Source of the DNA: Pirellulales bacterium
GTDB taxonomy: Bacteria > Planctomycetota > Planctomycetia > Pirellulales > UBA1268
Assembly: GCA_030577455.1 (NCBI GenBank)
Contig: JALIAA010000204.1
Span: 1 to 62,491, forward strand
Reading direction: 5' to 3'
DNA: 62,491 nt
Numbering within the stretch: the stretch's first letter is position 1; each line of letters begins with the position of its first letter. Below the pieces are notes generated by a model. That model did not search any database. It was not told where the DNA came from and saw only the letters and a list, made by a program, of their open reading frames with translations. Positions 37,353 to 46,389 of this stretch are shown here, one piece after another. The position numbers were made by a program, and so were the translations under genes.

Positions 37353-38828
37353 TTAGTTTTGAGGCGGTTGTTTGCGGCTATCCATATTGCTGGCGATGAC
37401 GATGCCAATTGCCTCCACCCAACTCGGTACATCGCGAACACCGTCGAGCCCACTTTCGGCGAGCACATCTTCATCTCCGTTATCGCGATGATCTGATGGA
37501 GCCATTTCGTCTTCGGTACCGAGATATTCCAGGCCTTCTTCGTCGTCTTCACGCCTCGAACCAACACGAGAAAAAGTTTCCCGACGGCGACCTTCGCCCT
37601 CACCTCCACGGCCGGCTTCTCCTCTGCGGCCGCCACTGCGGGCTGGTCTGCGTTGGCCACTTGAACTGCCTGATGCAGGCCTTCGGGCTGGACGACCCTC
37701 GCCACTGGTTTCTTGTGACTCTTCATCTGACGTTCGTCGTCGTCGACGACGGCGACGACGGCGAGGTTCTCCGTCTGAATCTTCATTCCCGCGAGGTTCA
37801 CGTTCAGTGAATGGTTTTTCACCAGTCTGGTGCCCACCCTGCACTTCATTTGAATTTTCACCACTCTCTTCATGAGAGCGCTGACCGCCATTTTCTATAG
37901 TTTCGCCATCTCGTGTGCGCCGCCCACGACCACGGCGACGACGACGGCGACGTGGTGGGCGATCATCAGTTCGTGATCCCTCCTGATCGTCATCTCGACT
38001 GCTGTCAGAGCGAGGAGCTCCGTCTGATTCAGAAGTTCGTTCTTCGGAATCAGTGTTGACCCTGTTCCCAAATCCATCTTCTCTTGGGATTTGCGGCCGA
38101 CCATCAGAAGAAGTCTCAGCAGGCGAACCTTGCCGTTCGGTTCGCTCTCCATCAAGGTTCCGCCCGTAGCCAGGCAATTCCTCGTTGTCCTCAGCCCGAA
38201 CTTCTTCCTGGGAGCTGCGATCATTCCGCCGACCACGGCCACGGCCTCCACGTCGCCCTCGACGGCGACGCCTTGGCTCATCCGATTCGTCGGTTGCTTG
38301 ATCACGCTCTTGATGGCGAACCTGATCACCATCGCGAACCTCATCACTAGTTTGTGTACTGCTTTCCTGGCTGCGATTGTGTTGGGCAGGCGTTGCCTGC
38401 CGCTCGTCATCATCCGAACGAGTAGGACGTGATGACCGTCTTGGCCTATCGTTTGACCGTCTGGGTGGTCTCGATGAACGTTGAGTCGCCGCGCCACCAT
38501 CATCGAGCAACCCTGCTCCAAAACCGTCGTTCACCGGTGGACGCTCGGCACTTGGAGGCTGTGGTGCCGGTTCGGCCTCTCTCGGCGTTCTTTCTTGAGT
38601 GGGCTTCGGCGATGCCGGCGCTGATGATTGAATACCAAGTTGATCTGCGACGCCGCCCCAATCTGTCTGAGATGTTTCAGCGGCGGGAGTTTCGTGTACT
38701 GGTTTCTCAGCCTCGGCTGGCCTGGAAGGTTTTGCGGGACGACTTTGTGGTTTCTGAGATGGTTCCCCTCCGGGAGCCGCACCGAGCGAATCTGCAAGAT
38801 TCGCCCAGGGGTCATTATTTTCTGTCAT
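37353..38828 (-). CDS. Hyper-charged, low-complexity (R/E/D/S/G-rich, RGG-type) protein
   Basis: About 490 codons of biased composition with blocks RRRRGRRGGRGRGRR, RRRRRRRGRGRR and RRRRRRRRRT alternating with acidic and Ser stretches. The ends are ordered-looking (DPWANLADSLG; DVPSWVEAIGIVIASNMDSR). Start at ATG 38828. Confidence 0.55.
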   Translation of the reverse strand: MTENNDPWANLADSLGAAPGGEPSQKPQSRPAKPSRPAEAEKPVHETPAAETSQTDWGGVADQLGIQSSAPASPKPTQERTPREAEPAPQPPSAERPPVNDGFGAGLLDDGGAATQRSSRPPRRSNDRPRRSSRPTRSDDDERQATPAQHNRSQESSTQTSDEVRDGDQVRHQERDQATDESDEPRRRRRGRRGGRGRGRRNDRSSQEEVRAEDNEELPGYGRNLDGERTERQGSPAETSSDGRPQIPREDGFGNRVNTDSEERTSESDGAPRSDSSRDDDQEGSRTDDRPPRRRRRRRGRGRRTRDGETIENGGQRSHEESGENSNEVQGGHQTGEKPFTEREPRGNEDSDGEPRRRRRRRRRRTSDEESQETSGEGRPARRPASGSSSGQRRPARSGGRRGEAGRGGEGEGRRRETFSRVGSRREDDEEGLEYLGTEDEMAPSDHRDNGDEDVLAESGLDGVRDVPSWVEAIGIVIASNMDSRKQPPQN

Positions 38829-39002
38829 GTTTCTCTGTGTTTTGCTGGCGTAGGGGCCGTAGTGGCCCCTCGTACAGGGCAGTGATAACAAGCCACGATG
38901 GCGTGATCAGAACTGCTGACTTTCAGCCTAAAAGATACCGAAAATCAGTAACTTTGAGAAACGCACGTCGGTGTACCGCTGAGATTCAATGAAAACAGGA
39001 GT

Positions 39003-40880
39003 TTAGATGCCCGTAATCATTGTTCCATTGTCAGCAACATCAAACAGCGGACGGTATGGACTCGCAAGACTTCGTCTTGAGCGACCTCGAGGATAGTAAA
39101 CAAGATTGATACCGAGATTCCACGCCATTGGTGTGAAGGTTGCTGTGATATTGTTGGTGCGATCTGTCACTGATTTTGATTCGCCCGGCATTAAATATGC
39201 GAACACACCTTCAAGAGCAAGTGACTTTGTCATCGGTGCCCGAAGGATTGAACCGATGTAACCCTGCCCTTCATGGGAGGCTCCCCCCCAGACTTTCCAC
39301 TCGTTCGCATCGCCAAACTGCACGCGGTAGAACGCGTTGTATGTGTGAATCGTGTTATTTTCAAATGTTCTGCCAGTCGAATTATTTATAAACCCAAGTC
39401 CCTTACCAGCATTAGCTGCCCCCCAAAACCCAAATTCGTGATATCCCCAGACATAACTTATTTCGCCACGCATTTGCTTGATGTCAGCGGTACCAATAAA
39501 CCCCGTATTATTGAGGTAGTCGAACACAGCTCCACCCTGCAAACCGTGTCCCTCAAAGGCTCTTGTGTAAAAACCTGTAGTCACAAACTGCTGATTGCGA
39601 GAATCAATCAACGTCTGATTAGCTAGATTTGGTCCAACAGACCGTGTCCCAAATCCTGTCTGTGTCCCACGCACACCAACCTGCCACCCAATTCCAAAAG
39701 CATTCCAGAGCGGCATGCCAAAGTTGAGGTATTCATTTGTACCAAAGTTTCCAACAAGACCGAGGTCGGCTTCATTCTCAAAGGCAGTCACACCAACACT
39801 TGCTGTGAAATCACGATACCATTTCCAACCATAATACGGCCTGCCAAACTGATGCAACCACCGACAGACCGTTCCATCAAAACAGCATGGTGTTGGATTA
39901 CAATCTTCTTCACATGCATAGGGATCATCGTAGAAAGATTCGACATGAAGTTGCGCCGGTGTCCGGCCCATCCACATCTCTTCGCCCATCGAAGGAGGAC
40001 CTTCGCTATATGATTCAAAACCAGTACCCGGTGGCCCGTCGATAATCATTGAATCACCACTTATGTACGGTTTACTGTCCATGGAACTATCTGTAGAGAC
40101 AGACGACTTCTTCGAAACTGGCGGCGGTGGCACTGCCTCTGCCTGTGCTCGACGAGCCATGACAGAAGGAACTGTATCGACATCCATTGCCAATCGTTCA
40201 GGGCGAACGGCACTCTGATTCATTCGTTGTGTATACGGGGGGGCCATGCCACCTCCCTCACGCTGCTTGGCGACAACTTGCAGATCAGCAGGCCGTTCCT
40301 GACTGAGAATTGGTCGGCCAGCGTTGTGCCCCTGGGGGGTTCGCATCATTCCGAGTCCAAATGGACCGTCATCACCCTGACGGGCTGAAACTGTGCCAGT
40401 TGAGTCTGCAGGCTGTGCGTCGGCCATCCATTCACCGAGATTCTCAACCATACGGCTTGGATCGAGTTGTTTACGGAGTGGGGCAAAGTCTTCTTGAGGG
40501 GCTTTTGCAACTACTTGTAACGACGGTTTTGCATCGCGAGCAGGAATGGTGTCTGGGACAGAAACCGTGGCAGGAAGAGCAGCCTGATCGGGCAGCATGT
40601 TTTCAGTCTGTGGCGACGCTGCACCCTGCTGGCTTTTGGTTACCGCATTCGACAATGAAGGCGCAAGCTCACTGCCTGAAGGTTTCGCCGGCGAAGCCGA
40701 GGAGACATTTTCTTCGCCAGCTATCTCACTGCGTGTATCGAGAGGTCGAGCAGCTGCTCGATGGGGCGTCCAGCGAAGGCTTTTCGCGGACGGTGCCTCG
40801 TTCTCTCCGAAGGCAAAACTCGTACACAGGCCGTTCAGGCACACTACAAGTGCGACAAGTTGAAGCGGATTCTGACGCAT
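39003..40880 (-). CDS. Secreted protein: disordered N-half, Cys cluster, C-terminal beta-barrel-like domain (BBP7/DUF1551-like?)
   Basis: Signal peptide MRQNPLQLVALVVCLNGLCTSFAFG. P/A/S/Q-rich first 300 aa or so, then CEEDCNPTPCCFDGTVCRW. The C-terminal 280 aa or so are aromatic/Gly-rich with an alternating pattern (YYGWKWYRDFTASVGVTAFENEADLGLVGNFG...). AGGAGAG RBS. Confidence 0.55.
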   Translation of the reverse strand: MRQNPLQLVALVVCLNGLCTSFAFGENEAPSAKSLRWTPHRAAARPLDTRSEIAGEENVSSASPAKPSGSELAPSLSNAVTKSQQGAASPQTENMLPDQAALPATVSVPDTIPARDAKPSLQVVAKAPQEDFAPLRKQLDPSRMVENLGEWMADAQPADSTGTVSARQGDDGPFGLGMMRTPQGHNAGRPILSQERPADLQVVAKQREGGGMAPPYTQRMNQSAVRPERLAMDVDTVPSVMARRAQAEAVPPPPVSKKSSVSTDSSMDSKPYISGDSMIIDGPPGTGFESYSEGPPSMGEEMWMGRTPAQLHVESFYDDPYACEEDCNPTPCCFDGTVCRWLHQFGRPYYGWKWYRDFTASVGVTAFENEADLGLVGNFGTNEYLNFGMPLWNAFGIGWQVGVRGTQTGFGTRSVGPNLANQTLIDSRNQQFVTTGFYTRAFEGHGLQGGAVFDYLNNTGFIGTADIKQMRGEISYVWGYHEFGFWGAANAGKGLGFINNSTGRTFENNTIHTYNAFYRVQFGDANEWKVWGGASHEGQGYIGSILRAPMTKSLALEGVFAYLMPGESKSVTDRTNNITATFTPMAWNLGINLVYYPRGRSRRSLASPYRPLFDVADNGTMITGI

Positions 40881-41032
40881 GATTCTCTCCTGGATAAGCG
40901 TTCACGAATGGCATATGCAGCCATCGTGATTGCTGATGCATTCAGAAAAGATATCGGAATCCGTACAGCCAGAACTTTTGTAAAAACCAACACCCTCAAC
41001 GCAGGCTGCCTATCATCCCTAGCTCCAAGGCA

Positions 41033-42187
41033 TTATGAGGCGGAGAGCGAATTCATTGCTTGAGCCAGGTCTTCTTCGAGGTCGCCAACCTCTTCAAGGC
41101 CAACAGACACCCTAATTAGCCCATCTGTTATTCCAACTGCTCGACGAGCCTCCGGTGCATACGCCCCGTGCGACATTACAGCCGGCACCTCAATCAGAGA
41201 CTCAACAGCCCCAAGGCTGACGGCAAGCTGGAACAGCCGTGTCGATTCAACAAAGCGTTGAGCGCCCTTCACGTCGCTATCAATCTCAAAACTTACCATG
41301 GCCCCAAAACCTCCATGATATTGCTTTGCCGCAACGGCATGCCCGGGGTCGTTAGCGAGCCCAGGATAATAGACTCGTTTTACTGATGGCTGATGATGCA
41401 ACCACGAAGCCAGACGCAGTGCTGTTGCTGACTGTGCGTGAACCCGAAGCTCAAGTGTCTTCACACCCCGACAACACAAAAAGGATTCCAAAGGCCCCAT
41501 CACGGCGCCAGTTGCATTTTGCATCCAATGCAGCTGTTCACCGACTTCTTGATCACGTGCAACAAGAAGTCCACCGAGCAGATCACTATGCCCACCGATA
41601 TATTTTGTTGCTGAATGCATAACAATGTCTGCACCCATCTCCAGCGGCCGACAAAGCACCGGCGTTGCAAGCGTATTGTCGGCGACAAGCAACGCACCGG
41701 CTTTCTGAGCAAGTGCAGCGCACCCAGCAACATCTGTGACTGATAGCAGTGGATTTCCAGTCGGCTCAATCCAGAGCATCCGGGTCTCCGCACGCATTGC
41801 ATCTTCAACCGCGGCACGATCCGTAGTATCGACAGCAGTGACCGAAATGCCCCGTTCTGCGAGCACATTATTAAAGAGCCGCCAACTTCCTCCGTAGATA
41901 TCCGTCCCTGTTACAAGGTGATCCCCCGGCTTCAGTAACATCGTCACACAGTGCGTTGCAGCCATGCCTGAAGCGAAAGCTAACCCGCGGGCGCCACCGT
42001 CCAACGAAGCCATCACTGCCTCAAACGCGTGTCGTGTTGGCGAACCGGTTCGGGCATAGTCGTACTGGGCATCACCGTTTGCAGTTGGCAAAACGAATGT
42101 ACTTGCCAGATGGATTGGTGGAACCACGGCACCACTTGATGGGTCGGCTTCTTGCCCTACATGAATTGCCCGTGTGCGAAACTGCAT
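41033..42187 (-). CDS. Cys/Met-metabolism PLP-dependent enzyme (cystathionine gamma-synthase/lyase family)
   Basis: AIHVGQEADPSSGAVVPPIHLASTF and the PLP-lysine block SATKYIGGHSD. Confidence 0.85.
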   Translation of the reverse strand: MQFRTRAIHVGQEADPSSGAVVPPIHLASTFVLPTANGDAQYDYARTGSPTRHAFEAVMASLDGGARGLAFASGMAATHCVTMLLKPGDHLVTGTDIYGGSWRLFNNVLAERGISVTAVDTTDRAAVEDAMRAETRMLWIEPTGNPLLSVTDVAGCAALAQKAGALLVADNTLATPVLCRPLEMGADIVMHSATKYIGGHSDLLGGLLVARDQEVGEQLHWMQNATGAVMGPLESFLCCRGVKTLELRVHAQSATALRLASWLHHQPSVKRVYYPGLANDPGHAVAAKQYHGGFGAMVSFEIDSDVKGAQRFVESTRLFQLAVSLGAVESLIEVPAVMSHGAYAPEARRAVGITDGLIRVSVGLEEVGDLEEDLAQAMNSLSAS

Positions 42188-42190
42188 TGC

Positions 42191-43417
42191 TTACTCCGCC
42201 ACATCGAGGGCTGCAGCCAGATCTGCAATGAGATCTTCAGCATCCTCGATGCCGCAGGCCATTCTCACCATGTTGTCTGGAATTCGAAAACCAGCCCGCT
42301 CTTCAGGTGAGTAATTCCAGTAACTCATCACCATTGGTTGTTCAATAAGTGACTCAACTCCACCGAGGCTCGGGCCAATGCGAGGAATTTTCACCGCATC
42401 AATAACAGCGGCTGTCTGCCGCCAGTCTGCATCACGAATGAAAAACGTCACAAGTCCGCCGTAGCCACGCATTGTCTGCTTGGCGATGGCATGAAATGGA
42501 TGGTCTGGCAAGCCTGGATACAGCACTCGTTCCACTCGTGGATGGCCAGCGAGAAACTCTGCTACGGCCTGTCCATTTGCATTGTGTCGTTCCATACGAA
42601 GGGCAAGCGTCTTCAGGCCACGCTCCAGCAAATACGCATTATGTGGAGCATTCACACCGCCCATAATGCCTCGCAGGTTACGGACAGGTTCGAGCAATTC
42701 GGCAGAACCTGTCACAGCACCTGCCAGAAGATCGTTATGGCCACCAAGGTATTTTGTAGCGGAATGCAAGACAAAATCGACGCCCGCCTCAAGTGGCTTC
42801 ACGTTATACGGAGTAGACAAGGTTGCATCGATTAATGTCAGCACCCCATTCCTGCGTCCAATCTCGGCAAATCGCTCAATATCAACAACACTCAATTGTG
42901 GATTGGTGGGTGACTCACTAATCAGAAACTTGGTTCTCGGCGTGATCGCTGCTTCCATCGCATCGTAGTCGCATGTACGCACCTCACGAAAACCAACACC
43001 AAAGCGAGTCAGGTGACGCCGACAGAACTCACGACTTCGATGATAGCACTCATCGAAAAAGACAATGTCGTCTCCGGCATCAACATGAGCCATCAGAAGA
43101 CCCACGAATGCCGCCATACCACTCGAGAAGAGCACGCTGGCTTCACCAGCATCAAGCGCCGCCAACTTGTCTTCGACAACTCGCTCACCCGGATTACCGT
43201 ATCGCCCGTACTCCTCGCGAGACTGTCCTTGCTCAAGAAAGTCAACGATTGCCTGGGTATCAGGGAACGTATATGTTGAGGAAGCAAAGATCGGATCTGT
43301 GATCGAAAAGCCTGGCTTCACCCGTGCTTCTCCAGCATGTACAGATAGGGTTGATGGCCCTGAAGCAGGAACCTTTTTTGTCGAGGGATCAGGCATAGTT
43401 TGTATTGGCTCGACCAT
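42191..43417 (-). CDS. Cys/Met-metabolism PLP-dependent enzyme, second paralogue
   Basis: LSVHAGEARVKPGFSITDPIFASSTYTF and SATKYLGGHND. Its stop lies 3 nt before the next paralogue's start. Confidence 0.85.
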   Translation of the reverse strand: MVEPIQTMPDPSTKKVPASGPSTLSVHAGEARVKPGFSITDPIFASSTYTFPDTQAIVDFLEQGQSREEYGRYGNPGERVVEDKLAALDAGEASVLFSSGMAAFVGLLMAHVDAGDDIVFFDECYHRSREFCRRHLTRFGVGFREVRTCDYDAMEAAITPRTKFLISESPTNPQLSVVDIERFAEIGRRNGVLTLIDATLSTPYNVKPLEAGVDFVLHSATKYLGGHNDLLAGAVTGSAELLEPVRNLRGIMGGVNAPHNAYLLERGLKTLALRMERHNANGQAVAEFLAGHPRVERVLYPGLPDHPFHAIAKQTMRGYGGLVTFFIRDADWRQTAAVIDAVKIPRIGPSLGGVESLIEQPMVMSYWNYSPEERAGFRIPDNMVRMACGIEDAEDLIADLAAALDVAE

Positions 43418-43715
43418 GGGATTTCCACGAATCGGTTTCTAGAAAATCGTATGAAGCGGTTTCATTCAGTCGCGTGTTACACAAATCAGATGGATGGTGC
43501 GTATCACCTCACATCAGACACAGCGGTAGAATGAAAGACCGTCGCTCAAGTCTAACCGATCTTTGACAGCGTGTATTCCAGTGAATCCGGTTATGACGAA
43601 AGTTCCGTGATATTGCCCAACTGGAACCGACACCTGTAGAACATCTGTACAAAAACGAACGTATCCCGCCCTTCCGACAGCGGAAACACACCTCTCACAA
43701 GAGACGCCAAACCTT

Positions 43716-45467
43716 ATGACCCCAACTCTCCCCGCCTCAGAAGGGGACTCCGTGCCACCATCTCACCAGATTGTACCCCCCGTAAAAATCTGGGTGACCC
43801 TGGCATCCCTTGCCGCAGCCATCGCGCTTGTTCGATACGGCTGGCTCGAAGTACTTGCTGGCGATGTGATTGATCAAGCCGTACGAAACATCATCACTCT
43901 TATTTTGGCCTTCACTGGCTTGGTCTCTCTCTTCGTATGGTTTTTAAGAGAAAGTACATTTCAGCCACTTCTAAAGAAGAGTGTCACTGCTTTTCTTGCG
44001 ATCTCAATCCTTGTTGCTCTTGCGGTCCTTCGTATTGAAGGCGTAAGTGGTGACCTCGTACCACAATTTGCTTTCCGGTGGCAGGCTCGACGTGACGCGC
44101 TCCTGCCTTCGGCTGCCACCATTGCAAAACAGACAACTAACAAAAATGTGTCTTTGGGATGGGACGCCACGGCTGATGACTTCCCCTGCTTCCTTGGCCC
44201 AGCAGGAACGGCGAGTATTGATGGCATTGAGGTCGATACAAACTGGGAAGCCAATCCGCCCAAATGCATATGGAAACGTCCTATTGGAGCAGGCTGGAGT
44301 GGCTTTGCCACATGTGGCAGCCACGCCGTCACACTGGAGCAGAGAGGGGAGGATGAATCCATTACCTGCTACGCACTTGCAACCGGTGAGCCGGAGTGGG
44401 TCGTTTCTGTTCCAGCGAGGCATGAGACAGTTCTAGGTGGAATTGGCCCACGATCAACGCCAACCATTAACGATGGCGTTGTTTACGCCACGGGAGCAAC
44501 TGGCTGGCTGCACGCAATCGAAGGTAGCACCGGTAAGGTACTGTGGAGAAAAGATATTGTTGCTGACCTGGATATTGATCGAGCAACACACGTCGCGGCG
44601 GTTGCGTGGGGTCGATCCGGCTCTCCACTTGTCACAGATGAGCTGGTCATTGTCCCCGCTGGCGGCCCCAGGAAAGACTTGGACATACAAGGCGTTGATA
44701 ACGCCAATCGTGATCCCGCAACATCACCCTACGTTTCTCTTGTTGCCTACGACCGCACTACAGGGAATCGGGTATGGGTGGCAGGCACAGAACAAATCGC
44801 TTACGCATCACCACAGATGCTCAGTGTAAATGGTCATAGTGCCGTGATTACAGTGAATGAAGGGCACATAGCTGCCTACGATCTCGCAACAGGAGATCAA
44901 CTCTGGGAATGCGAATGGCCGGGACATTCAAATTCTGATGCGAGTTGTTCGCAACCGCATCTTCTTGGCGATGACAAACTATTTATTTCAAAAGGGTATG
45001 GCATTGGATCGGCAGTCTTTTCACTCACGAACTCCGGTGACGCCTGGAACATCAAGCCACTCTGGCGTCAGTCAAATCTCCTCAAGACCAAGTTCACCAA
45101 TGTTTCCATTCATAAGGGGCATGCATACGGTCTTTCCGATGGCATTCTTGAATGTGTTCAACTCTCTTCGGGAACACGCATGTGGAAGAAGGGACGCTAT
45201 GGGCAGGGACAACTGCTTCGTATAGGTGACGTTCTACTCATCCAAGCTGAGTCAGGAGAAGTTGTTGCCGTACCGGCAACGGATAAAAAACCGAATGAAC
45301 TCGGCCGTCTTGCAGCACTCGAGGGACAGACCTGGAATACGCTGTGTGTCAGCGGCAACAATCTTCTCGTTCGAAACGCAGAAGAGGCCGCCTGTTATGA
45401 AATCACTATTCGACGCAACACTGCGTTGCCCGAAGACGCTACTCAACAAAACAAGAAGAGCGAGTAG
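43716..45467 (+). CDS. Membrane-anchored PQQ-like beta-propeller repeat protein
   Basis: Three or four N-terminal hydrophobic helices, then F.GP.G....DG / GAGWSGFA / propeller blades (DGVVYATGATGWLHAIEGSTGKVLW...). Confidence 0.75.
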   Translation: MTPTLPASEGDSVPPSHQIVPPVKIWVTLASLAAAIALVRYGWLEVLAGDVIDQAVRNIITLILAFTGLVSLFVWFLRESTFQPLLKKSVTAFLAISILVALAVLRIEGVSGDLVPQFAFRWQARRDALLPSAATIAKQTTNKNVSLGWDATADDFPCFLGPAGTASIDGIEVDTNWEANPPKCIWKRPIGAGWSGFATCGSHAVTLEQRGEDESITCYALATGEPEWVVSVPARHETVLGGIGPRSTPTINDGVVYATGATGWLHAIEGSTGKVLWRKDIVADLDIDRATHVAAVAWGRSGSPLVTDELVIVPAGGPRKDLDIQGVDNANRDPATSPYVSLVAYDRTTGNRVWVAGTEQIAYASPQMLSVNGHSAVITVNEGHIAAYDLATGDQLWECEWPGHSNSDASCSQPHLLGDDKLFISKGYGIGSAVFSLTNSGDAWNIKPLWRQSNLLKTKFTNVSIHKGHAYGLSDGILECVQLSSGTRMWKKGRYGQGQLLRIGDVLLIQAESGEVVAVPATDKKPNELGRLAALEGQTWNTLCVSGNNLLVRNAEEAACYEITIRRNTALPEDATQQNKKSE

Positions 45468-45469
45468 CA

Positions 45470-46237
45470 ATGAATGACATGGCTGGACAGATCGTTCTTG
45501 TTACCGGCAGTACAAGTGGCATCGGGCGTGCGGTTGCACTCCGGCTGGCGGAGTCTGGAGCAACAGTGGCTATCCACGGCCGCAATGCTGCTGCGGCTGA
45601 AAAGGTTGCCGATGCGATCAGCCGCTCTGCTGGTAGCGTTGCCGGGATTTTCCTTGCCGATATTGCAACGCCTGATGGCTGTACAGAACTTCTTGCAGCC
45701 GTACGCAAGACTTGTCCGGCACTTCATGCGGCTTGCCTTATTGCCGGTGCCGACACGTTGACCGGATCGTCTGCATCACTTTCTTTCGAAGACAAGCTCA
45801 AGCTTCTTTATGACACCGATGTCCGATCAACGCTGCTACTTGGAAGAGGACTTGGTCACCTGCTCAAAGAACGTGATGGTAGTTCCATCGTCACAACAGG
45901 ATGGGATCAGGCTGCCACTGGCATGGAGGGTGATAGTGGAGAATTATTTAGCACCATCAAAGGTGCTGTCATGGCTTTCACAAAGAGCCTGGCAAAGTCC
46001 CTTGCACCGCATGTTCGAGTGAACTGCGTGGCTCCCGGCTGGATCAAAACCGCGTGGGGCGACCAGGCCAGCAAGGAATGGCAAGACCGGGCTGTGCGGG
46101 AATGCCTACTCGAGCGTTGGGGAGAATCTGGAGACATTGCCGACGCGGTTCGATGGCTCATTTCTCCTCAGGCAAGTTTTGTTACCGGGCAGATTATCAA
46201 CGTCAACGGCGGCTTCCGTACGAATCAGAACAATTAA
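45470..46237 (+). CDS. Short-chain dehydrogenase/reductase (FabG-like)
   Basis: VLVTGSTSGIGRAVA (TGxxxGxG), and GAVMAFTKSLAKSLAPHVRVNCVAPGWIKT, where F sits at the usual catalytic Tyr position of the Y-x3-K motif. Starts 2 nt after the preceding stop. Confidence 0.85.
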   Translation: MNDMAGQIVLVTGSTSGIGRAVALRLAESGATVAIHGRNAAAAEKVADAISRSAGSVAGIFLADIATPDGCTELLAAVRKTCPALHAACLIAGADTLTGSSASLSFEDKLKLLYDTDVRSTLLLGRGLGHLLKERDGSSIVTTGWDQAATGMEGDSGELFSTIKGAVMAFTKSLAKSLAPHVRVNCVAPGWIKTAWGDQASKEWQDRAVRECLLERWGESGDIADAVRWLISPQASFVTGQIINVNGGFRTNQNN

Positions 46238-46333
46238 TCCACTACCTACAACATTGCCGCGAACAAACATGCGTTTATTCACGGCAATGCAATAAGTAGA
46301 AATTCCACCATGTGTTTCATTCAGAAACACCCC

Positions 46334-46369
46334 GGCCTGGGAGAGCAAGGCGGAATGCCCGCCCAGGCC
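46334..46369. terminator. GC-rich hairpin between convergent SDR and amt genes
   Basis: ggcctggg-N20-cccaggcc forms an 8-bp stem. The U-tract is poor. Confidence 0.4.
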
Positions 46370-46389
46370 ATTGGGGCATCCTTCTGGGC

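Noticed and set aside
37343-38521. Long same-strand ORFs 37343..37891 and 37895..38521 in alternative frames of the charged-protein gene, plus plus-strand ORFs across 37409..38992.
   Set aside because: The codon composition is extremely biased (CGN/GAN/GGN repeats), which keeps several frames open. Only the 37353..38828 frame is continuous and has ordered-looking termini. The others are treated as artefacts.
43418-43715. Possible SAM or other riboswitch in the 298-bp leader of the tandem Cys/Met PLP genes.
   Set aside because: I could not find the conserved SAM-I/SAM-II core elements on the minus strand, only short imperfect hairpins. An Infernal/Rfam scan would be needed to be sure.
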